Source: an uncultured Candidatus Rokubacteria bacterium
Lineage (GTDB): Bacteria > Methylomirabilota > Methylomirabilia > Rokubacteriales > CSP1-6
Assembly (NCBI GenBank): GCA_963771355.1
Contig: CAVYTA010000008.1
Location: forward strand, 32,001-96,000
Direction of reading: 5' to 3'
Length of the DNA stretch: 64,000 nt
The notes under the pieces are model-generated. The model ran no database searches. It saw only the letters and a list, made by a program, of their open reading frames with translations, and had not been told where the DNA came from. The translations under genes were made by a program, and so were the position numbers. Positions 1 to 9,604 of this stretch are shown here, one piece after another (positions within the stretch are counted from its first letter, which is position 1; each line of letters opens with the position of its first letter).

Positions 1-868
1 GGGGTATCTGCTGCTCCTCTGGCTCATCGTCGCCGTGCTCGCGGAGGCGCGCGCCCCGCTGGAGACGAGCGGGCGGCGCTTCATGGTGGGTGCCGCCGAG
101 TACACGATCCAGACGCTCTACCACAACCTGCTCCTCTTCGTGCTGCCGGCCTACTGGGCCTCCGCCACGCTCACCTCGCTGAACGCGCTGTTCCTGGGCG
201 GAGTGGCGGCGGGCGCCCTGGTCACCGCGGTGGATCCGCTGTACCGCGCGCTCGCCCGGGAGCACGGGTGGATCCAGCACGCCTTCCTCGGCTTCTCGAT
301 GTTCGCCGCGCTCAACGTGGCGCTGCCCCTGGTGGGCGTGCGGCCCTTCGCGGCGCTCCTGGGCAGTGCCGCCCTCGCCGGGCTGGCGCTCACGCCTGCG
401 CTCCGCCGCGACGTGACGGGCTGGGCGAGGGCGCATGGCCTGGCGGTAGCGGTCGCGGTGGTGGCGGTCGCCCTGGTCTGGGTGGGCCGGGCGCTGGTGC
501 CGCCGGCGCCGCTGTTCCTCGCCGAGAAGACGGTCGCGCGCGACGTCGAGAACCTGGCGCCGGTGGAGCCGGTGTCGAGGACGGTGCGCGCGGAGACGGT
601 GGCGGGGTGGGGCGGGGGCCTCGTCGCCTACACCGCGGTGCACGCGCCGTCGGGGCTGCGCCAGGCCATCGAGCACGTCTGGTGGAAGAACGGGCAGGTC
701 ATCGCGCGGGTGCCGCTGTCTCCGGTGCTGGGCGGTCGCGCGGAGGGGTTCCGCACGTGGTCGCGCAAGACCGATCTGGGAGTGCCGCTGCCGGGGCGGT
801 ACGCGGTGGACGTGATGACCGCCTCCGGGCAGCTCATCGGGCGGCTGTCGTTCACCGTCACGCCGTAG
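1..868 (+). CDS. Membrane protein with C-terminal DUF2914-like domain (5'-truncated by window edge)
   Basis: Frame open from base 2; hydrophobic helices followed by AYTAVHAP...HVW...GGRAEGFRTWSRK beta domain. Confidence 0.7.
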   Translation, partial: GYLLLLWLIVAVLAEARAPLETSGRRFMVGAAEYTIQTLYHNLLLFVLPAYWASATLTSLNALFLGGVAAGALVTAVDPLYRALAREHGWIQHAFLGFSMFAALNVALPLVGVRPFAALLGSAALAGLALTPALRRDVTGWARAHGLAVAVAVVAVALVWVGRALVPPAPLFLAEKTVARDVENLAPVEPVSRTVRAETVAGWGGGLVAYTAVHAPSGLRQAIEHVWWKNGQVIARVPLSPVLGGRAEGFRTWSRKTDLGVPLPGRYAVDVMTASGQLIGRLSFTVTP

Positions 869-895
869 GGCGCCGCCGGACGTCTGGGAGGTCGC

Positions 896-2200
896 ATGGA
901 ATCGGTCTGGATCGAGGTGGTGCTGATCGCGGTGGCGATCGTCGCCAACGGGTTCTTCTCGGGCTCGGAGATCGCGCTGGTGTCGGCGCGGCCGAGCCGG
1001 CTCGCCCAGCTCCGCGACGAGAGGGTGCCGGGGGCGGAGCGGGCGCTCTTGCTGAAGCGCGATCCGGACACCTTTCTCGCCACCGTGCAGATCGCCATCA
1101 CCCTGGTGGGGACCCTGGCCTCCGCGCTGGGCGGCGCCACCGCGGTGGGAGCGCTGACGCCCTGGATCGCGGAGCTGCCGGTCCCGGGCGCCGCCCGCTG
1201 GGCGGAAGCCATCGCGCTCGGAGCGGTGATCGTCGTCATCACCTTCGCCTCGCTGGTCATCGGCGAGCTCACCCCGAAGGCGCTCGCGCTGCGGAACCCC
1301 GAGCGCGTGGCCTGCATGGTGGCGCCCGTGCTCCACCTGCTCTCCCGGCTCACGGCGGGACCGAACCGCCTGCTTACCCTGTCCACCCGCGCGGTCCTGA
1401 CCGTGCTGGGCCAGCGCGACGCCGGCCAGCCGCCGCCGGTCTCGGAGGAAGAGGTCAAGTATCTGGTGCGCGAGGGCGTTACCCACGGCGTGTTCGAGCA
1501 TCATGAGTCGGAGCTGGTCCAGCGCATCTTCGACTTCACCGACACGCCGGTCCGCTCGGTCATGATCCCGCGCCCCAATATCCGCGGTCTCGACATGGCG
1601 ACCCCGACGGACCAGCTCCTGCGCGTGGCGGCGGAGCAGAAGCGGAGCCGGCTGCCCGTCTTTCGCGGCTCCATCGACGAGGTGGTGGGCTTCGTCACCA
1701 TCGAGGACCTCTTCGGGGCCGTCGCGCGCGGCGACGTGCCGCCGCTGGAGCGACTGATCCGACCCTGCCTCTTCGTGCCGCCGATGATGCCGGTCGGAGT
1801 GCTCCTGCGCGAGTTCCAGCGGCGCCACGCGAGCCTGGCCCTGGTGGTGGACGAGTACGGCCAGATCATGGGGCTCATCACCATGGAGGACGTACTGGAG
1901 GAGATCGTGGGCGAGATCCGGGACGAGGGCGAGGGGCCGGGCCTGCCCTTCGCCTCGCGGCTGCCGGACGGCTCCTATGTCATCGACGCCACCGCCACCA
2001 TTCGCGATCTGCGCGAGCAGGTCGGCATCCCGCTCGAGGATTCGGCCCATTACCAGACCCTGGCCGGCTTCCTCCTGTACCGGCTGGGGACGGTGCCGCG
2101 TCCGGGCACGAGCCTCCGCGAGCTGAACTATGTCTTCACCGTGGTGGAAACGGACGGGCCGCGCATCCTCAAGGTGAAGGCGCAGGCCCTGCCGGCATGA
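896..2200 (+). CDS. HlyC/CorC (CNNM) family transporter/hemolysin-like protein with CBS pair
   Basis: NGFFSGSEIALVS, GELTPKALA, MIPR, SRLPV, VVDEYG...EDVLEEIVGEIRDE, CorC C-terminus; GGAGG RBS. Confidence 0.92.
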   Translation: MESVWIEVVLIAVAIVANGFFSGSEIALVSARPSRLAQLRDERVPGAERALLLKRDPDTFLATVQIAITLVGTLASALGGATAVGALTPWIAELPVPGAARWAEAIALGAVIVVITFASLVIGELTPKALALRNPERVACMVAPVLHLLSRLTAGPNRLLTLSTRAVLTVLGQRDAGQPPPVSEEEVKYLVREGVTHGVFEHHESELVQRIFDFTDTPVRSVMIPRPNIRGLDMATPTDQLLRVAAEQKRSRLPVFRGSIDEVVGFVTIEDLFGAVARGDVPPLERLIRPCLFVPPMMPVGVLLREFQRRHASLALVVDEYGQIMGLITMEDVLEEIVGEIRDEGEGPGLPFASRLPDGSYVIDATATIRDLREQVGIPLEDSAHYQTLAGFLLYRLGTVPRPGTSLRELNYVFTVVETDGPRILKVKAQALPA

Positions 2201-3387
2201 CGCCGGGCGAGGCCGCGCCCCATCCGGCGGGCGCCCCCCTCGACGCGGTGGCGCGCGTGCTGCGTGCCGTCGGCGGCGCCGCGGTGCGGGTGTCCGAGCC
2301 CGTGCTGCTCAAGTCCTGGGAGCGGAACGATGTCTGGCGTGTGCGCGTGACCCGCGCGGCGGCGACCGCTGGCCGTCCAGGTGAGCCCGGCCCGCCGGAC
2401 TCGGTCATCGTCAAGCGCTTCAAGTCGGAGCCGGCGCGAGGGCTCGACGAATGGGCGGCGCTCGAGCACCTCGACGCGCTGGGCATCGCGCCGGCCTCGG
2501 CTCCGCATTTCCTCGGCGGCGACCTCGCGGCCCGCTGTTTCGTGATGGAAGACCTGGGGGAGGGACCGAGCCTGGAGGATCTTCTCCGAGCGCGCGAACC
2601 AGGCGCCGCGGCGCGGGCCGGCGAGGCGCTCGTCGCCATCGCGCGCGCCACCGGCGCGCTTCATGCGGCCGCGCGCGAGCACGCGGGCGAATTCGACCGC
2701 CGCCGTGACGCGCTCGCGCCGCGCCCGGTCACGGCCCTGCGGGCGGCGGCGGACGCGCGGCGCGCCGCTCCCGCCGCGTTGCGCGCCTGGCTCGACGCGG
2801 CGGGCGCGGCGGCGGCGTCCGGACTCGAGGAGGCAGAGGCGGCTCTCGGGCGCGCCGCGGAGGAGCCGGGTGCCTGGGCCACCCTCACGCATGGCGACAT
2901 GGCGCCCAGCAACAATCTGCGCGCCAGGGATGGCTGGCGGCTGCTGGACTTCGAATACGCCGGCGTCCGTCACGCCCTGTACGACACGCTGCTCTGGACG
3001 CTCTTCTGTCCGTTCCCCCTCCCGCTCATCGAGCGCGCGGATCGCGCCTATCGCGCGGCGATGGCCGGCGCCTTCCCGCCCGCGCGCGACGAGGGCGAGT
3101 ATGCCCGCGCGCGGGCGCATGTGGCCGCGGGGCGGACCCTCGACCTCCTGCGGTGGCAGCCCCCCGCCTTGCTCGAGCGCGACCGTGACTGGGCCCCGGG
3201 CCTGACCGCGCGGCAGGCCGTGCTCTGGCATCTCGAGCGCTTCCTCGCCGTGGCGGAAGGAGGCGCGCCCACGCTCGCGCCGATCGCGGCGACGCTGGAG
3301 GGCCTCCACCGGCGGCTCGCCGCGGGCTGGAGCGCGGAGCGCGAGCGCGGCCTCGTCTGGCCCGCCTTCGGCGACGATCGGCTATGA
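2197..3387 (+). CDS. Aminoglycoside/choline phosphotransferase-like kinase
   Basis: VIVKRF lysine, HGDMAPSNN catalytic loop, LLDFEYAG; ATGA overlap with upstream gene. Confidence 0.75.
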   Translation: MTPGEAAPHPAGAPLDAVARVLRAVGGAAVRVSEPVLLKSWERNDVWRVRVTRAAATAGRPGEPGPPDSVIVKRFKSEPARGLDEWAALEHLDALGIAPASAPHFLGGDLAARCFVMEDLGEGPSLEDLLRAREPGAAARAGEALVAIARATGALHAAAREHAGEFDRRRDALAPRPVTALRAAADARRAAPAALRAWLDAAGAAAASGLEEAEAALGRAAEEPGAWATLTHGDMAPSNNLRARDGWRLLDFEYAGVRHALYDTLLWTLFCPFPLPLIERADRAYRAAMAGAFPPARDEGEYARARAHVAAGRTLDLLRWQPPALLERDRDWAPGLTARQAVLWHLERFLAVAEGGAPTLAPIAATLEGLHRRLAAGWSAERERGLVWPAFGDDRL

Positions 3388-3394
3388 TTCAGCC

Positions 3395-4171
3395 ATGATG
3401 CTGTTCGACACTCACGCGCACCTGCACTTCCCGGATTTCGCCGAGGATCTGGACGCCGTGCTCGATCGCGCCCGCGCCGCCGGGCTGCGGGGCATGGTGA
3501 CCATTGGAACGGATCGCGAGTCCAATCGGGCCACGGTGGCCCTGGCGAACCGGCACGCGGATATCTGGGCCTCGGTGGGCATTCACCCGCACGACGCCGC
3601 CGCGGCCACCGAGGCCGACTTCGAGGAGATGGAGCGCCTGGCCCGCGAGCCGCGCGTGGTCGGGCTGGGCGAGATGGGCCTCGACTTCTTCCGCGACCTT
3701 TCGCCGCGCGACGTGCAGGAGCGTGTCTTCCGCCGCCAGATCGCGATGGCCCGGCGCGTACGGAAGCCCGCCATCATCCACTGCCGCGACGCGCATCCGG
3801 AGACGCTGGCGCTCCTCGCCGAGGAGCGGGTGGAGGAGGTGGGCGGGGTCATGCACTGCTTCTCCGCGGATGTCGAGGTGGCCAAGCGCTGCCTCGACCT
3901 CGGCCTCATGATCTCGCTGGCGGGGCCGGTCACCTACAAGAACGCCCGCGCCTTGCCGGACGTCGCGCGCTACGTGCCCGAGGATCGCTTGGTGGTCGAG
4001 ACCGACTGCCCGTATCTCACGCCCACGCCGCATCGCGGGAAGCGCAACGAGCCGGCCTACGTGGCGCTGACCGCCGCGCACGTGGCCGAGCTGCGCGGCG
4101 CGGATCCGGAGGCGCTCGGCGCCGCGCTGACCGGCAACGCCGCGCGGCTATTCGATTTGAAGCTCGCCTGA
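3395..4171 (+). CDS. tatD: TatD family metal-dependent hydrolase/DNase
   Basis: DTHAH, GIHPH, GEMGLD, IIHCRDA, HCFS, ETDCPYL motifs. Confidence 0.95.
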   Translation: MMLFDTHAHLHFPDFAEDLDAVLDRARAAGLRGMVTIGTDRESNRATVALANRHADIWASVGIHPHDAAAATEADFEEMERLAREPRVVGLGEMGLDFFRDLSPRDVQERVFRRQIAMARRVRKPAIIHCRDAHPETLALLAEERVEEVGGVMHCFSADVEVAKRCLDLGLMISLAGPVTYKNARALPDVARYVPEDRLVVETDCPYLTPTPHRGKRNEPAYVALTAAHVAELRGADPEALGAALTGNAARLFDLKLA

Positions 4172-4186
4172 TCGGGGGATCGCACC

Positions 4187-4966
4187 ATGGCGTACAGCGA
4201 CGTGCTCTTCGAGGTGAAGAACCAGATCGCCTGGCTCACCATCAACCGGCCGGACCGGGGGAATTCCTTCCGGCGCCAGACCGTGCTGGAGATGTACCAG
4301 GCGCTCAGCGAGGCCCGGCTGGACCCCAAAGTCCGGGTGGTCGTGATCACCGGGGCGGGGGACCGCTTCTTCTGCATCGGCGGCGAGAAGGAGAAGAACG
4401 ACGGCCAGCTCCACTATCACAATGTCCCGCCGGTGGTGGACCTCTACCAGCTCATCGACATGCTGCCGGTGCCGGTGATCGCCATGGTCAACGGCTTCGC
4501 GGTGGGCGGCGGCAACGTCCTCGCCAACATGTGCGACCTCACGGTGGCGAGCGAGCAGGCCACCTTTCGCCAGGTGGGGCCGATGATGGGCTCCTACGAC
4601 GCCGGCTTCGGCACCTGGTACCTCGAGGACGCGGTGGGACGCAAGCGCGCCAGGGAGATCTGGTACCTCAACCGCAAGTACACCGCGCAGCAGGCGCAGG
4701 CACTGGGGCTGGTCAACGAGGTGGCGCCGCACGCCGAGCTGCGGGCGCGCACCGAGGCGATGTGCGAGGAGCTGAAGCAGCGCGGGCCCCAGGCCCTCGC
4801 CGCGCTCAAGGCTGCCTTCCACGCCCGCCACAACGGCGTCACCGGGCTGTCCCGCGTGACCATCGACCACCTGGTGGCGAACTACTACCACACGGAAGAG
4901 GCCAAGGAGATGGGCCGGTCCTTCAATGCCAAGCAGCCGCCGGACCCCGACAAGTTCTATCGCTGA
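4187..4966 (+). CDS. Crotonase-family enzyme, MenB/BadI-like (naphthoyl-CoA synthase or ring-opening hydrolase)
   Basis: LTINRPDRGNSF, VNGFAVGGG, QVGPMMGSYDAGFG, KRAREIWYL, YYHTEEAKE. Confidence 0.8.
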   Translation: MAYSDVLFEVKNQIAWLTINRPDRGNSFRRQTVLEMYQALSEARLDPKVRVVVITGAGDRFFCIGGEKEKNDGQLHYHNVPPVVDLYQLIDMLPVPVIAMVNGFAVGGGNVLANMCDLTVASEQATFRQVGPMMGSYDAGFGTWYLEDAVGRKRAREIWYLNRKYTAQQAQALGLVNEVAPHAELRARTEAMCEELKQRGPQALAALKAAFHARHNGVTGLSRVTIDHLVANYYHTEEAKEMGRSFNAKQPPDPDKFYR

Positions 4967-4980
4967 GCGCGACTGACGTC

Positions 4981-6030
4981 ATGACGCCTCCAAAGCCCTC
5001 CGACGCTTCTCGAGACCAGGGGCGGAGCCGTGCCGTGGGCCGCAGTCGCCTAGCGTCCACGGCGGCGGGCCTCGCGGAGTGGGGCCGGCCCTATGCGTCT
5101 TGGGCATTCTGGCTCGGGCTGCTGATCTTGACCGCGGTGACCCTGCTCACCATCCCCGGCAATCCGGTGCTTGACCTCAGCACCCGCCGGTACCGCGAGC
5201 CCGGCACGGTCCTCGCCCACGTGGGCGCGCTGCTCTTCCTCGTGGGTGTGCTGCCATCCGCGCCGCGCGGGCTCGCAGCGCTGGCGGCGCTCTCACCCGC
5301 GCGGCGGCTCTCGCTGCTCGGGGCGGCGACGGCGGCGCCGCTCCTCGGGCTCGGCGTCATCGCGCTGGGCTGGCCCGCCTACGCGCAAGCGCTCACGCGC
5401 GAGTGGGGCATCGTCGAGCCCGCCGAGGCCATGCTCTACCTCATCGCCGCCTGGATCGCGTGGCGGCACGCCGTGCTGCTGGAGCCGCGGCCGGATGCTC
5501 GCTGCTACCGCTTCGTCGCCTTCGTCTGCGGGATGCTGGCCCTCGAGGAGATGGACTGGCTCGGTATCCCGGGCGGCCTGGTCGGCCGCGTGGGCTCCGC
5601 GAAGATCTACGTCGGCTCCTCCCACGACCTGCTCACGGTGGCCTGGCACTACCAATGGTTCGCCATCCCCGTCGCCATCTCGGTGCTGCTCGTTCTCGGC
5701 CTGATCTGGCGTCGCGGCTATCTCACGGTGGGCTTCATCCGGCGGCAGGTCTTCGATCCGACCACGCTGCCGCTCTACGGCGCCCTCGTGGCCCAGGCAC
5801 TGGCCCAGGCGCTCGACGTGGAGGACAGGCTGCTGAGCCGGCGCCATCCGTTCTTTCGCTACCCGTTGGAGGAGCCCTTCGAGCTGCTCGCGGTGCTGCT
5901 GCTGGTGAGCGGCCTGCTGCTGAAGTACTCCCGCGAATTGCGCCGAGCGGGATATGACGGGCGTGGGGCGGTGCTAGCTCCCGCCCATGAACGCCACCGC
6001 GCCCTTCGTCACGAAGAGCCGCCCGGATGA
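4981..6030 (+). CDS. Hypothetical multi-pass membrane protein
   Basis: Many hydrophobic segments; LEEMDW and EEPFELL motifs; start uncertain. Confidence 0.65.
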   Translation: MTPPKPSDASRDQGRSRAVGRSRLASTAAGLAEWGRPYASWAFWLGLLILTAVTLLTIPGNPVLDLSTRRYREPGTVLAHVGALLFLVGVLPSAPRGLAALAALSPARRLSLLGAATAAPLLGLGVIALGWPAYAQALTREWGIVEPAEAMLYLIAAWIAWRHAVLLEPRPDARCYRFVAFVCGMLALEEMDWLGIPGGLVGRVGSAKIYVGSSHDLLTVAWHYQWFAIPVAISVLLVLGLIWRRGYLTVGFIRRQVFDPTTLPLYGALVAQALAQALDVEDRLLSRRHPFFRYPLEEPFELLAVLLLVSGLLLKYSRELRRAGYDGRGAVLAPAHERHRALRHEEPPG

Positions 6031-6042
6031 CTGGTGTCGTTG

Positions 6043-6321
6043 CTAGCGGCGGGTGAGGGCGGCGCGGGCGCGGGGGACGTCAAACTCGTGGACCAGCACC
6101 GCGATCTCGCCCTGGGCGCCCACGCTGAACGGGTGCAGCGAGGCCACGAGGTTCCCGCGTAGCACCGACGTGATCCCCATGCTGTCGAGCAGCCCGCGGA
6201 CGACCAGCGCCTCGCCCTGATCGCGGCAGCGCTGGATTACCACCAGGTCGCGCTCGCCGGGGTCGGCGGCGGCGGGCGGCTTGCGGGTGGGAAGCCTGAT
6301 GACCTTGGCCCGGCGTGGCAT
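6043..6321 (-). CDS. DUF2007-like small protein
   Basis: EALVVRGLLDSMGI...IAVLVHEFDVPRARAAL pattern; alternative start at 6330. Confidence 0.7.
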   Translation of the reverse strand: MPRRAKVIRLPTRKPPAAADPGERDLVVIQRCRDQGEALVVRGLLDSMGITSVLRGNLVASLHPFSVGAQGEIAVLVHEFDVPRARAALTRR

Positions 6322-6348
6322 CGCGCTCATGCTAGCATGTCCCCTCCC

Positions 6349-8697
6349 ATGAGCGATGACGCGCCCACCGAGGCGTCCAGCAAACTGACCGACGGGGCGC
6401 CGTATATCGGTCGGGGCATGAAGCGCGTGGAGGACCGCGTGCTCCTCCTCGGCGTTGGGCGCTATACCGACGACATCCCGATGCCCGGGCTCCTCCACGT
6501 GGCGTTCGTACGCAGCCCGCATGCCCACGCGCGGGTGCGCGGGCTCGATACCTCACATGCGCGGCAGGCGCCCGGCGTGGCCGCCGTGGTCACCGGTGCC
6601 GACGTGCGCGACCTCGGCCACATGCCCACCAACCGGATGGTCCAGGGCATGAAGGTCCCGCCGCACCCGATTCTCTCGGAAGGTCTGGTCGCCTGCGTGG
6701 GTGACGCGGTGGCCGCGGTGGCGGCGGACTCCGCGTATGCCGCGCGCGACGCGGCAGACCTGATCGTGGTGGACTGGGACCCGCTGCCCGCGCAGCCCGA
6801 TGTTGACGCGGCGCTGTCCGCCGGCGCGCCCGCGGTGTTCGACACCATCGGCGGTAACGTCTCGTTTACCCACCGGTGGCGCTCGGGAGACGCGGAGGCC
6901 GCCTTTGCCGGCGCGGCACGGATCGTCACCGTGCGCTCGGTCCAGCCGCGGCTGGCCGGCGTGGCCATGGAGCCGCGGACGACGCTGGCCTGGCTCGATC
7001 CCAGCGCGGACGAGCTGCGTGTGTGGTCTTCCACCCAGTCGCCCTTCCGCGTGCGCGCGGAGGTGGCCGCCTCGCTCGGCTATCCCGAGTCGCGCATCCG
7101 CGTGGTGGCGCCCCAGGTGGGCGGCGGCTTCGGCGTCAAGGGCTCGCCCTATCGCGAGGACGTGCTGGTGGCCTGGCTCGCGCTTCGCCTGGGCCGGCCG
7201 GTGAAGTGGGTGGCCACGCGCGACGAGGACACCATGACGACCCAGCAGGGGCGCGGCATGACGGCCGACGCCGAGCTCGCGGTGGACGCCGGCGGCGTCA
7301 TTCGCGGGGTACGCGCGCGCATCCGCTATCCGATGGGCGGGCGCTTCGCGATGAACAGCGCGGGGCCGGCGTGGAATGCGGGCCGGACCCTGCCGGGTCC
7401 CTATGCGGTTTCCGCCACCGACATCGAGATCACCGGCGCCGTCACCACCACGCCGCCCACCGGCGCCTATCGCGGGGCGGGGCGCCCCGAAGGGACCTTC
7501 CTGATCGAGCGCCTCATGGACGAGGCCGCGCATGCCCTGGGCCTCGATCCGGTGGAGATCCGGCGGCGCAATGTCGTCCCCCCGGACGTGTTTCCCTATC
7601 GGAGCGCGACCAACGTGGTCTATGACTCCGGCCGCTATCGCGAGGCGCTCGACAAGGCGCTTGCGCTTGCGAAGTACGACGAGCTCCGCGTGCGCCAGCG
7701 CGAGGCCCGCGCGCGGGGCGAGATCGCGGGCGTGGGCGTGGTGGTCTATGTCGAGCCCGCCGCCGCGGGCTGGGAAAGCGGCAATGTGCGGGTGGAGCGC
7801 ACGGGCGCGGTGACCCTCGTCACCGGCTCCAGCGCGCACGGCCAGGGGCACGAGACCACCTGGGCGCAGATCGTGGCGGACGCCCTCGGCGTGCGCCCAG
7901 AGGAAGTCACGGTGCGCCACGGTGACACCGGCGGGGCGCCGCAGGGCTTCGGCACCTTCGGCAGCCGCTCCACCGTGCTGGGCGGAAGCGCCGCCTTCCG
8001 CGCCGCCGAGGAAGTGCGCGAGAAGGGCCGGCGCATCGCCGCGCGGCTCCTCGAGGCGGGCCTGGACGACGTGGTGGCGGTGCCCGGCGGCTTCCATGTG
8101 GTGGGCACGCCGGGCAAGCGCGTGGGATGGGCCCAGGTGGCGGCGGTCGCGCATGGCGCCGCGCGGCTGGGCCCCGGCGACACGCCCGGGCTCGAGGCCA
8201 CGGTGTTCTTCCAGGCCGACGGCGAGACCTGGTCCTTCGGCGCCTGCGTGGTCGGGGCGACGGTGAGCCGCGACACCGGCGAGGTGACGCTCACCGACTG
8301 CGTGTGGGTGGACGACGCGGGCACCATCGTGAACCCGCTGCTGGCCGAGGCCCAGCTGCACGGGGCCCATGCCCAGGGGGTGGGGCAGGCGCTGCTCGAG
8401 GCGCTGGTCTATGACGCCGAGGGCCAGCTCCTCACCGGCACGCTCATGGACTATGCGCTGCCGCGCGCGGGGGATTTCGCAGCGCCCGTCATCGGCAAGA
8501 TGGTCACGCCCTCACCCCGCAACCCGCTGGGCGCCAAGGGCCTCGGCGAGGCCGGCTGCATCGTGATGCCGCCTGCCATCGTGAACGCGGTGGTGGACGC
8601 GCTCCGCCCCTTCGGCGTCAACAACCTGGACATGCCGCTGACTCCCGAGAAGGTCTGGTCAGCGATGCGAAACGGCGGTCAGCCCGAGCGCCGCTGA
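6349..8697 (+). CDS. Xanthine dehydrogenase-family molybdopterin-binding large subunit (form II CoxL-like)
   Basis: VGGGFGVKG, AYRGAGRPE, HGQGHET, GTFGSRS, KGLGEAG motifs; alternative start at 6337. Confidence 0.92.
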   Translation: MSDDAPTEASSKLTDGAPYIGRGMKRVEDRVLLLGVGRYTDDIPMPGLLHVAFVRSPHAHARVRGLDTSHARQAPGVAAVVTGADVRDLGHMPTNRMVQGMKVPPHPILSEGLVACVGDAVAAVAADSAYAARDAADLIVVDWDPLPAQPDVDAALSAGAPAVFDTIGGNVSFTHRWRSGDAEAAFAGAARIVTVRSVQPRLAGVAMEPRTTLAWLDPSADELRVWSSTQSPFRVRAEVAASLGYPESRIRVVAPQVGGGFGVKGSPYREDVLVAWLALRLGRPVKWVATRDEDTMTTQQGRGMTADAELAVDAGGVIRGVRARIRYPMGGRFAMNSAGPAWNAGRTLPGPYAVSATDIEITGAVTTTPPTGAYRGAGRPEGTFLIERLMDEAAHALGLDPVEIRRRNVVPPDVFPYRSATNVVYDSGRYREALDKALALAKYDELRVRQREARARGEIAGVGVVVYVEPAAAGWESGNVRVERTGAVTLVTGSSAHGQGHETTWAQIVADALGVRPEEVTVRHGDTGGAPQGFGTFGSRSTVLGGSAAFRAAEEVREKGRRIAARLLEAGLDDVVAVPGGFHVVGTPGKRVGWAQVAAVAHGAARLGPGDTPGLEATVFFQADGETWSFGACVVGATVSRDTGEVTLTDCVWVDDAGTIVNPLLAEAQLHGAHAQGVGQALLEALVYDAEGQLLTGTLMDYALPRAGDFAAPVIGKMVTPSPRNPLGAKGLGEAGCIVMPPAIVNAVVDALRPFGVNNLDMPLTPEKVWSAMRNGGQPERR

Positions 8698-9557
8698 CTT
8701 CGGTACCATTCGTAGATTTCTTCCCCCGTGGTGAACCACACGCCCTTCTTCTTCCGCATGTAGTCGTACACCGCCTCGAAGTACTTGATCCGGTGCGGCA
8801 CGCCCGAGATGTACGGGTGCACGGCCAGGGCCATCACGCGCGGGTTCTTCGCGCCCTCGAGGTACAGGCGATCGAACTGGTCCTTGACGCGCTGGAGCCA
8901 CTCCGAGGAGGTGTGGTGCTGGATGATCATCATAGGGATGTCGTTGAGCTCGAGCGAATACGGCACGGAGACGAGCGGCCCCGAGGTGGTGCGGATCTCG
9001 TAGGGCTGGTCGTCGTTGACCCAGTCGGAGACGTACTCGATGCCCTCGGCGGCCAGATGATCCAGCGTCTCCCACGTCTCGGTGAGGCCGGGGCCGAGCC
9101 AGCCCTTGGGCGCTTTCCCGGTGAACTTCCGCAGCATCTCGATGGACTGGCGGATCGCCGCGCGCTGGTCCGGCAGGAGGTGCATGGCGCCCTGGATCAC
9201 GCCATGGGCCATGAACTCCCAGCCCGCATCCAGCATGGCGCGCGCCACCGGCTCGTAGGACTCGACCACTTGCGCGTTGATGGCGGTGGTCGCGCGGATC
9301 TTCCGCTTGCCCAGCGCCTCGAGGAAGCGCCAGAAGCCCACGCGCATCCCGTAGTCGTGCCAGGCCCAGTTGGGCACGTCCGGCACCGTGGCCACGCCCT
9401 GCGGCGCGGGGAGGTATTGCCGCGCCATCGCCTTCTCGATGTCCCAGTCCTCGACGTTCACGATGGTCCACACCGCGATGCGCGCGCCCCGGGGCAGCTT
9501 CCACGGGGGGCGGTGGGCGATGGGCGAATAGTCGAAGCGGTCGCGCGGGAGTCTCAT
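8679..9557 (-). CDS. Polysaccharide deacetylase family protein (PuuE allantoinase-like)
   Basis: VNVEDW, DYGMRVGFWR, EFMAHG, GWLGPGL, DDQPY, LAVHPYISG. Confidence 0.88.
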   Translation of the reverse strand: MRLPRDRFDYSPIAHRPPWKLPRGARIAVWTIVNVEDWDIEKAMARQYLPAPQGVATVPDVPNWAWHDYGMRVGFWRFLEALGKRKIRATTAINAQVVESYEPVARAMLDAGWEFMAHGVIQGAMHLLPDQRAAIRQSIEMLRKFTGKAPKGWLGPGLTETWETLDHLAAEGIEYVSDWVNDDQPYEIRTTSGPLVSVPYSLELNDIPMMIIQHHTSSEWLQRVKDQFDRLYLEGAKNPRVMALAVHPYISGVPHRIKYFEAVYDYMRKKKGVWFTTGEEIYEWYRSQRRSG

Positions 9558-9604
9558 GGCGAGAGACTACCACCGCGAGGTGTTTGATAGTAGGATACCG
9601 CCCC

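Noticed and set aside
6349..8697. Aerobic CO dehydrogenase (form I CoxL)
   Set aside because: The active-site loop is AYRGAGR, not AYXCSFR, and no coxM/coxS or accessory genes are adjacent
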